DNA of 29,943 nucleotides from a virus. Taxonomy: Duplodnaviria > Caudoviricetes. Below are positions 23,401 through 29,943 of this stretch, piece after piece (position 1 is the stretch's first letter; every line of letters begins with the position of its first letter). The notes below the pieces were generated by a model. It saw only the letters and a program-made list of their open reading frames with translations. It was not told the DNA's origin and made no database searches. Both the position numbers and the translations under genes were made by a program. Where the stretch lies: positions 1 through 29,943 of IMG/VR virus record IMGVR_UViG_3300030045_000025, one strand, 5' to 3'.

Positions 23401-26383
23401 CGAAAAGCTCAACACGGTTGACGAATCCGCCGGCAACAAGAACGAACTCGCGATGCAGGCCAAGATCGCAGAGGGCGCTTTTGCGGGGATACCGCCTCAC
23501 CTGCTGGATATCCTGACCGGAGTCGCCGCCATCAATGACCAGATGGAGCGCATGACCGGCACTCGGGACCGGCTGCGCACCATCTTCAGCGACATGTACA
23601 AGGACGTGATCAAGGTGGGCGCTGACCCGTCCTTTGTCGAGGGCGCGGCGGCTCAGGCTTCCAAGGAACTGAATTACTCCGGGCGCATGAACGCGCTGTG
23701 GAACACGGGGCAATGGGGCGTCAATACGGTTTACAACGCCTCGGCCGCGCAACAGAACAGCCTCCAGAGCCAACAGGAAGCCCTCCAAGCCGCGTCCAAG
23801 AAGTCGGCGGACGCTTACGCCGGCACCCCCTCCGGTCCCATCGGGGAGGCCATCGCCAAGGCAGCCCAGGCCAAACAGGAAGCCGGTACGGCCGAATATG
23901 CCCACCTTTGCGAGCGCTTGCTTCGCGAAACGGTTCAGGGCATTACACCGGAATTCAATAAAATCTTTGCCGGAGCTGCCACGGCCGCGCAAGCCATGGA
24001 GCGGTTCAAAGCCGCTGGAGTCGGCGTTCCCTATACCGGCCAAGCGCTTTCACCGGGCGATTTGCTTTACGCCGGGCGCGAGGCGGGCGCGGGCGCGGGT
24101 CACGCCATGGCCGTTGGTCCGGACGGCAAGTTTCTGGATCAGTACGGTTCGCACAATGCGCCCACCGTTTGGCCGGACTGGGTCGTCTCGCCCGACGCAC
24201 TGGATCCCAATACTCCGGCCGGCCAGCGCGTGGCCTCGACACCAATCATTGACACGAACCGTGTTCAACCGAGGCGAACTCCCTGGGAGCCCGATTTTAA
24301 CGGAGACCTCCTGCAGGGCAAGCTCCCGATCGGCTGGGGCAAGGAATTTAGCTCGATGGACTTGGCGCCGGGCGAGTCCGGAGAGGCGCGAGAGGAAGTG
24401 CAGGACAGCTTCCTTGACGAGAAGCAAGTCGCGAAGTGGAAAGCCGATGCCGCCAAGAAGGGCGTAGCCTACGACGATTATGCAACCGCGCTTCGCGCCG
24501 TGGCGAACCGCGTGGATTACGTGGTCTCGGTTCAAAAGGCTACTCATGCGGCGGAAACCAAACTCAAGGCTACTCTTCGGGAATCGGCTCTCGCGGGCAA
24601 GAACGATGATATTTCCGCCCTGCTTTTTGACCAGTCTCAAGACCTCTACACCCCCCAGTCCGACAAAAACGAGGCGATAGCCGGGGCCGTTGGTGGCGCT
24701 CAATCAAGTGCCGATGCCGAATCCGCAAAGTTCGTGAAGGGTGAACAAGAGAAGGCGGCGGCTCTTTCCGCCGGAGCATCGCTCCTCCAAGGCTCCGCTG
24801 TCAATATGGCGACCTACACCCGCGCCATCGCCCAGGCGAATGCGGAGATGGAAGCTCATGGCCGGTACTTGAGAGAATTTAATACTGCTGACGCTCTTGC
24901 GGCGGCCGGGCACACTTCGCTCGCCGCTCAGGTCTACACGGCGGCCCAGGGGCACGTACAGGCGGACGTCGCGGCTACCATGGGGAAGTACGATGCCGGC
25001 CAAACTGCCGACGCCCAAACCGGCATTGGGAAGCGCACCGAGCAAGACAACCAGGAGAACGATCTCTTGGACTTCGAAGCCGGACTGATCGCCAAGGGCA
25101 TGGCCAACGCCACGAAGCGCAAGGAAATTGTCGAGCAAGAGAAGGCTTACCGCGAAACTCTCAAGTCGCTGATGGACGCGGCCCACGTCACCACGCCCAC
25201 GGCGGATATGCTCGCCCAGGCCGATGACGCCGCGAACCAAGTGCAGATCGGACAGTTCGGCCGCGACCAGATTAGTAGCTTCGATAGCGATACCCAAGCC
25301 GCCAAGGAACACGCCGCCCGCATGGCCGAACTCGGGATCGACGCGCTTCCGCAGAACGACCTGGCCGGGCGCCGCAATGCCGCTTCGGATGCCGAGAGCG
25401 CCAAACTCGCCGCCGATCCGGGGCTCACCACTGAGCAACAGAAAGCGCGCCTCGCCTTCTATATGGACGAATACGACGCCGAGGAGCGGAACAAGGAGGC
25501 CGAGGAAGAGCGCTCGAAGATCCACGATTACCAGAACCAGGCACTCGAAACCCAGAAGCAAATGCAGCTCGAACTCGCCACCACGGCACAGCAACGGCTC
25601 AGCATTGAACTAGCGTATCAGGACGCCCTCCGCGCGCTCCCGGACGCCAAGCCGGAGACTTCTGGGGAGAAGGCGGCACGCGAGTCCACCGAAGCCGCGC
25701 AGCGCGCCGGAGCCAGCCAGCAGGATTCATTGCAGCGCCTCCGCGCCGTCGGCGCCGACTTTGAGTCGATCATTGACGACGCGATGAACAAGGGCCTTCA
25801 ATCCGGCTGGCGCAAGTTCGAGGAGGATTTGAAGGACGAAGCGCTGTCGGAGGTTTCGAGCTTCCTGACAAACAGCTTGCTTGGGAAGGGGGCGACGGAC
25901 AAAAAGCAGGGGGGATTGCTGGATGAGGGGCAAGGCATCTTTAACTCGCTGTTCGGACATCATGCGAAGGCGCACCCGGCGGCGCCCGAAAAGCTCACCT
26001 TCCCCGCGGTTGACCCGTCTCGGCCCGACACGACTTCGAATTTCCTGGGGACCGCCGGAACCTACTTCGATAAGTTTCACAATCCCCTTGGTCCGGGGAC
26101 TTTGAGCCAAACCGGGCTCGCGCCCACGAGCGCCCTTGGTGCCAACGCCGGAGCGAACCCCATAGAAACCGCCCTGGCCGGAAAAACCATCAATGTAGGT
26201 ACGCTCAACATCACTTCGCCCAGCACAAAGATAACTAGCGCATCCACGACGGTGACCGGCGGCACGGCCTCGAGCCTGGGAGGGCTCGGCTCGCTGTCCG
26301 CGCCCTCGGGTGAACAGTCGATTGGCAACTTCTTCGGCCCTGGCGCTTCGGGTGCCGGAGCCATCGGCCCGCAGGGGATGTAA
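20477..26383 (+). CDS. Tape measure protein (TP901-family core) with internal NlpC/P60/CHAP-like domain
   Basis: 1968 aa, Ala-rich; DFQAAMLQA, TPTELADAL, RVTDILVNTAKQG, AGTAATAL; hydrophobic segment; LCERLLRE...PGDLLY...GHAMAV. Confidence 0.93.
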   Translation: MATDVAVLRTVLEGDASDFDQKVKHVEDVMASLASREWSAGRVDVDVASGMANVARLQEALRSLQAESLNINIGVNGGPGGSGGGSFGGNPERIAAATQAKVQQILQVSQERQAAILREGQAGADAVLEQSGARQTSIQQESQARQEASAQQHAQRMAQIAEESSARQSEAEAKTWAQRASSAGESLAGSGYRQMRTGAILSATVTAPAVELGKYVMDTTGDFQAAMLQATTMTNLGVENIDKYSQAVLKLSQDPNIKNTPTELADALLIAGSKTKSGADAMEVLRVSAIGATAGLGEVKDVVSSVSTVLNAYKMPVSDAARVTDILVNTAKQGGVEAAQFAMAFPKVVEAAAGAHVPIEQVAASIATMTRVGIPAGTAATALQRLLLNFEKPSQQAQKAVAGLGETFEDLREKMRTEGFESMLEGLFAKVGDGDDAEAKLAPIFGSVNALKAAMSTAGDQAQEYRTILESFSGINGISLSAAAGQMEGANAEFAKLKATTDAAAISIGERLMPALTSLAREAGQEIPQALDAAIKAWDALSPAEQKAIEGFAGMLVALGPLTMMAANVKILGGALLEMAAIPMEGMGIIKLVDGLGALFTAMKAIQAAGGIGALFSGGLAGLGTVELGGAALALSGLVVTAGLLGLAWEALGTETYKIQAAMDEADTAAYNLQTQLDTMQRSIKDALQFSGASAGAQKAIADLGDKAAAAKDNTAELLKVLKAASDEKAKIALDPNIDDNSKALVENSLTQFIHELETHVVTLDVTLRQQADIAGGDNPGVPTPEENRRKLEQRAKAAGVTLPDVPMVPDSNQDQGSDWNPLDPEQPMSMVPNPTDPDYLTNMQEAYAAIEKYEAAQHKAAGATKEVAAAINEQTAAFDKLNPAQLAEERARLKKLQGEGHPDINRMRELAEYNKANRAADWLKDQKPDDGASGLGNQAADNETAQRLLGDQIKSVEAAIRAWQQLGSTVQGMGEKLNTVDESAGNKNELAMQAKIAEGAFAGIPPHLLDILTGVAAINDQMERMTGTRDRLRTIFSDMYKDVIKVGADPSFVEGAAAQASKELNYSGRMNALWNTGQWGVNTVYNASAAQQNSLQSQQEALQAASKKSADAYAGTPSGPIGEAIAKAAQAKQEAGTAEYAHLCERLLRETVQGITPEFNKIFAGAATAAQAMERFKAAGVGVPYTGQALSPGDLLYAGREAGAGAGHAMAVGPDGKFLDQYGSHNAPTVWPDWVVSPDALDPNTPAGQRVASTPIIDTNRVQPRRTPWEPDFNGDLLQGKLPIGWGKEFSSMDLAPGESGEAREEVQDSFLDEKQVAKWKADAAKKGVAYDDYATALRAVANRVDYVVSVQKATHAAETKLKATLRESALAGKNDDISALLFDQSQDLYTPQSDKNEAIAGAVGGAQSSADAESAKFVKGEQEKAAALSAGASLLQGSAVNMATYTRAIAQANAEMEAHGRYLREFNTADALAAAGHTSLAAQVYTAAQGHVQADVAATMGKYDAGQTADAQTGIGKRTEQDNQENDLLDFEAGLIAKGMANATKRKEIVEQEKAYRETLKSLMDAAHVTTPTADMLAQADDAANQVQIGQFGRDQISSFDSDTQAAKEHAARMAELGIDALPQNDLAGRRNAASDAESAKLAADPGLTTEQQKARLAFYMDEYDAEERNKEAEEERSKIHDYQNQALETQKQMQLELATTAQQRLSIELAYQDALRALPDAKPETSGEKAARESTEAAQRAGASQQDSLQRLRAVGADFESIIDDAMNKGLQSGWRKFEEDLKDEALSEVSSFLTNSLLGKGATDKKQGGLLDEGQGIFNSLFGHHAKAHPAAPEKLTFPAVDPSRPDTTSNFLGTAGTYFDKFHNPLGPGTLSQTGLAPTSALGANAGANPIETALAGKTINVGTLNITSPSTKITSASTTVTGGTASSLGGLGSLSAPSGEQSIGNFFGPGASGAGAIGPQGM

Positions 26384-26406
26384 AATAGAAACCGGAAGCT
26401 GCCCCT

Positions 26407-26973
26407 ATGGCCACAATCCTCGACATCGAACTCCCGACCGGCTGGATCAAAATGGTGGGTATCCCCACCGCCGACCTGACCCGGCAGGGCAAGATAGGCA
26501 ATTGGGTTCTGCAGGATAACGACCCCTACGCGATCTTCACCATTGCCGCGAGCTACCGCCGGAGCGATTACGAGACGGCCGAGGGCATCAGCTTCGATGA
26601 CCTCTATTCGTTCTTCCTGGTCTCGAAGGGCTGCGGGTTCCTTGTGACGGACCCGATTGACAACGCGGATTCCGACAAGAACGGTTCAGGCATGATCCTG
26701 GAACTCAACGGCACGTGGCGGCTGTTCAAGCGGTACACGAATCAGGGGCTTACCTACGACCATCCGATTACCCGGCCAAATGACGTGACGGTGAACGCGG
26801 GTACGCTGGACCCCGCGACCGGGATCGTGACCGGGATAACGGAAGCTGGCACCTGGACCGGGACGTTTTACCGGCCGATGATCTTCCAGGAGAACGGGCT
26901 GCAATTCGAATTCACGCCGGACGGGATTATTGATGCGTTGGATTTGAGGTTGGAAGAGCAGTTGGAGGTTTGA
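26407..26973 (+). CDS. Distal tail protein (DUF2460-like)
   Basis: Follows tape measure; LYSFFLVSKGCGFLVTDPID, WRLFKRY, PITRP, LDPATGIVT, WTGTFYRPMIF. Confidence 0.78.
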   Translation: MATILDIELPTGWIKMVGIPTADLTRQGKIGNWVLQDNDPYAIFTIAASYRRSDYETAEGISFDDLYSFFLVSKGCGFLVTDPIDNADSDKNGSGMILELNGTWRLFKRYTNQGLTYDHPITRPNDVTVNAGTLDPATGIVTGITEAGTWTGTFYRPMIFQENGLQFEFTPDGIIDALDLRLEEQLEV

Positions 26974-26977
26974 TTCC

Positions 26978-27451
26978 ATGCAAGAGAGCCTATTTCAGTC
27001 GATGCCAGGAATTACTTGGCTCTCCGTGCGGGACGGGAATCCTCACGCGAGGGCTCTCTTCGACAAGCATTATTCCCGGTACATCTATGCGGATGGCCGC
27101 AAACCTAAACTCTTCATAGGGCCCGGTGAGAAGATGGTTCTCATGACCCCGTGTGGGCGCGCGCTATTCGCATGGAGGAAGTTCCGATCCATGGATCACC
27201 AGGAGGGCGTCAATTGTGCCATCTTCCGAAACGAAGGCGCGGGAACGTCAAGCGAACTCATCCGCGCGGCCGTGGAACTTGCAAAGGAGCGTTGGCCCGG
27301 TGATCGTCTTTACACCTACGTGAACCCTCGCGCGGTGGTAAGCGCGAACCCGGGCTTTTGTTTCAAGATGGCCGGGTGGCGTCAATGCGGCGTCACCAAG
27401 AAGCGGAATTTGCTGATCTTTGAGTTTCTTCCCGACCAAACCGGAACCTGA
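26978..27451 (+). CDS. Putative Mom-like / GNAT-fold protein inserted in the tail module
   Basis: GGAGG RBS; ARALFDKHYSR and LYTYVNP...NPGFCFKMAGWRQCG; more A/T-ending codons than its neighbours by eye. Confidence 0.55.
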   Translation: MQESLFQSMPGITWLSVRDGNPHARALFDKHYSRYIYADGRKPKLFIGPGEKMVLMTPCGRALFAWRKFRSMDHQEGVNCAIFRNEGAGTSSELIRAAVELAKERWPGDRLYTYVNPRAVVSANPGFCFKMAGWRQCGVTKKRNLLIFEFLPDQTGT

Positions 27452-27457
27452 CCCGCC

Positions 27458-28372
27458 ATGCCCTCCTCCCTCACCTCCCCGCAACTCGCCTTCCTGACCA
27501 GCCAGAGCACCGCCTTTGCGCTGGCCTTGCGCATTGTGGGCAACCAGGGCACGGTCTACGCCTTCACCAACATCCGGCGCAACTCCTACCTCGCGGATTT
27601 CTCAATCAACTCCATCGACGTTCCGGCCACGACCTACCTCTCCGCCGGCAGTCTCCGCACCTCAAACCTTGAATGGAATCTCAAGGTCGCAGCCCTTGAT
27701 ACCTTCGAGTCCTACCTGACCCTCGGCTCTTGGCTCCCCGCGCTTGACATCGCGACCGGCAAGCTCAAGTCCGCGCCCTTCACCCTCCTCATGTTCGACT
27801 GGCGGACCAACACGGTTATCCGCGGACTCATGCGGGGCACCATCGGCGAGACGACCTACGCGGGTTCCAAGGCGACGCTCAAATGCCGGGGGCTCAAATG
27901 GGCCCTGCAATTCGACGTGGGCGACGTGACCAGCGGTATCAGCCGGGCGCGGACCTGGGATCATCCGGCCCTCGCGTTCTTCACGCCGGGCACAAGCACC
28001 AACACGCCGGACGGCAAAGCCTCGCAACTCTCCACCACAGTGAGCAGCGTGGGCACCTACCCCAACCGGCAGATCACGCTTTCGGCCACGGCGGGATTCC
28101 CGGCCCGGCGGTTCGTGGGCGGGACGGTCACCTTTGCCTCTGGCGCCAACCAGGGCACCTACGGGATCCAGCAATGGGATCCATCGGCGGGCGCCACGGT
28201 GCTTGACGATCCCGGCACGCCAACACCGATGACGGCCGGGGATGCGTGCGTGGTCACGATTGGCCCGCCGGTTACGTTCGAGGATTGGCAGGCGTGTTTT
28301 ACCAGCGGGAAGTATTTCGCCGGAGAGCCGGCGATTCCTGGGCCCGATGGCGTTGTGAGGGTTTCCGGCTAA
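27458..28372 (+). CDS. Tail hub protein (DUF2163 / BR0599-like)
   Basis: ALALRIV...VYAFTN, DIATGKLKSA, FDWR, RGTIGE, CRGLKWALQ..VG, C-terminal FAGEPAIPGPD. Confidence 0.8.
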   Translation: MPSSLTSPQLAFLTSQSTAFALALRIVGNQGTVYAFTNIRRNSYLADFSINSIDVPATTYLSAGSLRTSNLEWNLKVAALDTFESYLTLGSWLPALDIATGKLKSAPFTLLMFDWRTNTVIRGLMRGTIGETTYAGSKATLKCRGLKWALQFDVGDVTSGISRARTWDHPALAFFTPGTSTNTPDGKASQLSTTVSSVGTYPNRQITLSATAGFPARRFVGGTVTFASGANQGTYGIQQWDPSAGATVLDDPGTPTPMTAGDACVVTIGPPVTFEDWQACFTSGKYFAGEPAIPGPDGVVRVSG

Positions 28373-28830
28373 TGCCCATCCAATCCCCCCACCGCGTCGT
28401 CAAGGAAGCGAGAGACCTCCTCGGGGCTCCGTGGCAGCACCAGGGGCGAACGGCCCTGGGCATCGACTGTACGGGCCTCGTGATCGTCTCCGCGCTTCAC
28501 GCTGGCTGGAACCCCGTGGACGGGATGCGAGTGCTTCACCTGAATTACCGCAACACTCCTAACGATGATTCGCTCGAGCGCGCACTGGCGAAAGAGGGTG
28601 TCCGGGTGCCGGTGGACGAACTGAGGCTCGCCGACGTGGTTCTCTTCCACCTCAAGCCCTGCCCGCATCCCTTTCACGTTGGGCTGGTCTCGCAATTCGT
28701 GGGCGACGTGCCGTATGTGATCCACGCCGACGCAACCGCCAAGAAGGTCGTGGAGCACGCCCTCTCGGGTCATTGGCGAGAGCAGGCCGTGTGCGGGTAT
28801 AGGTTCCGCGACCTGGTTTATTTTGAATAA
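28372..28830 (+). CDS. NlpC/P60 family tail-associated peptidase
   Basis: EARDLLGAPWQHQGRTALGIDCTGLV (Cys), ADVVLF, HVGLV (His), VIHAD (His); TAATG overlap start. Confidence 0.9.
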   Translation: MPIQSPHRVVKEARDLLGAPWQHQGRTALGIDCTGLVIVSALHAGWNPVDGMRVLHLNYRNTPNDDSLERALAKEGVRVPVDELRLADVVLFHLKPCPHPFHVGLVSQFVGDVPYVIHADATAKKVVEHALSGHWREQAVCGYRFRDLVYFE

Positions 28831-28844
28831 CGGAAACTGTTCCG

Positions 28845-29078
28845 ATGACCGCGACCGCGCGCGTTGGCCTCTTGGAGTTGGGGCTTGGCACGTGCCTCAC
28901 CGATGAGCAGCGCGAGCGGTATGTGGCGTTCATGGATGCCGTGGAACGCGAGGGGCGAATTCTGGAAGGCGACACCTGGCGCCCTTGCAGCCACGCTTAC
29001 GCGGAGCGGCAGAGTAGCGAGGTTTCGCGGAAACGGCACGAGCGGTATTTGAGAAGCAAGGCAAGAAACGGAAGCTGA
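28845..29078 (+). CDS. Hypothetical protein (77 aa) inserted between NlpC/P60 and tail tip genes
   Basis: Fills the gap exactly; bounded at both ends by the repeated motif. Confidence 0.55.
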   Translation: MTATARVGLLELGLGTCLTDEQRERYVAFMDAVEREGRILEGDTWRPCSHAYAERQSSEVSRKRHERYLRSKARNGS

Positions 29079-29082
29079 TCCT

Positions 29083-29943
29083 ATGGGCAAAGGAACTTCG
29101 GGCGCGGCACTTGGCATTCTCGGCATAGCCGCGTCCGGAGCCAAGGCCAGCACAATCTGGACGCAGCTCGGGATGTTCGCCCTCGGGGAAATCCTCAGCC
29201 CGGCACAGACGCTCCAGGGCGCCCGCCTGACCAATCTGGGCGTGCAGATATCCCAAGAAGGCGCGGACATCCCCTTTGGCTTCGGCAACTGGCGGCAGGC
29301 CGGGCACATCGTTTGGAGCTCCGGGCTGATCGAATCGGCCTACCTGGGACCGGCCGGCGGCAACTCCGGCGGCGGCAAGGGCGCCCCCCAGCAGATTGAG
29401 AATTACACCTACCGCGTCTCCCTGGCGATCATGCTGGGCGAGGCAATGACCCGGCTCGAAGACATCTACATGAATCAGTACGCGATTTATGTTTACAATT
29501 CGGGCGACGAAGAGGGCTTTCCCCTCACGTGGGATTCGAGCGGCTTCTGGTACGGCGAGAGCAGCACCACGGGCACGATAGCGCGCATTTACCCCGGCAG
29601 CATTGACCAGCCCATCGACAGCATGATGGAGACGGCGATGGGCGTGGGGAACTGGACCAATTACCCCGGCAAGTCGATGCTCTACATCGAGGACTTGCAG
29701 CTCACCACGCTCTATAACAACACGGTCCCCACGGTCACGGTTACGCCGTTCAACAACCTCACGGCCCTCAGCGACGTGATAAATTTCATTGGCGCGCGGT
29801 GCGGCTACAGCGACGCCGATTTCAACCTCTCCGCACTCTCGGGCCTCACGGTACAGCCGGAAGCCTCCGAAGGCTTTGTGAACGACTCCAGGCGCCCTGG
29901 CAGCCAAATCCTACAGGAGTTGTGCGACCTCTTCCACTTCGAT
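29083..29943 (+). CDS. Tail tip / host-specificity protein (gpJ / GTA baseplate-like), truncated by window edge
   Basis: Not in the ORF track (no stop in window); MGKGTSGAALG...QGARLTNLGVQISQEGADIPFGFGNWRQAGHIVWSS...GGGKG...YTYRVSLAIMLGE...RIYPGSIDQPID. Confidence 0.85.
   Translation, partial: MGKGTSGAALGILGIAASGAKASTIWTQLGMFALGEILSPAQTLQGARLTNLGVQISQEGADIPFGFGNWRQAGHIVWSSGLIESAYLGPAGGNSGGGKGAPQQIENYTYRVSLAIMLGEAMTRLEDIYMNQYAIYVYNSGDEEGFPLTWDSSGFWYGESSTTGTIARIYPGSIDQPIDSMMETAMGVGNWTNYPGKSMLYIEDLQLTTLYNNTVPTVTVTPFNNLTALSDVINFIGARCGYSDADFNLSALSGLTVQPEASEGFVNDSRRPGSQILQELCDLFHFD

Noticed and set aside
28930-29907. 325-aa minus-strand ORF
   Set aside because: Shadow of the plus-strand tail tip gene starting at 29083
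26407-29943. Gene transfer agent
   Set aside because: Tail-tip genes are GTA-like, but a very long tape measure, its own helicase and an origin indicate a phage or prophage

Overview
The window is a contiguous piece of a GC-rich long-tailed (siphovirus-type) phage or prophage genome, truncated at both ends. No integrase, repressor, lysis genes or host genes are visible. Positions 1-4803 form a leftward early/replication block: hypotheticals, a DUF4942-like gene, an iteron-rich putative origin at 2875-3110 and a DnaB_N+AAA_25 helicase. Positions 4965-29943 form a rightward morphogenesis operon. The head part has TerS, TerL, a phage sigma70-family factor, a DUF935 portal, a Mu-like protease/scaffold, a decoration protein and the major capsid. 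The tail part has neck genes, two paralogous tail-tube genes, a chaperone with a -1 frameshift site, a 1968-aa tape measure and a DUF2460/DUF2163/NlpC-P60/tip module with two inserted extra genes. The most unusual signal is a dispersed regulatory code with three parts. (i) About 12 copies of AA(A/C)CGGAAGCTGTTCC-like sites lie mostly at gene junctions, and four abut the ATG at identical spacing. (ii) Three aligned promoters, GTTG-N17-CCGTAYAATG, precede the portal, scaffold/capsid and tail-tube genes, next to a divergent phage sigma factor. (iii) The origin iteron is reused inside two early promoters. All family assignments come from motif recognition by eye, not from database searches.
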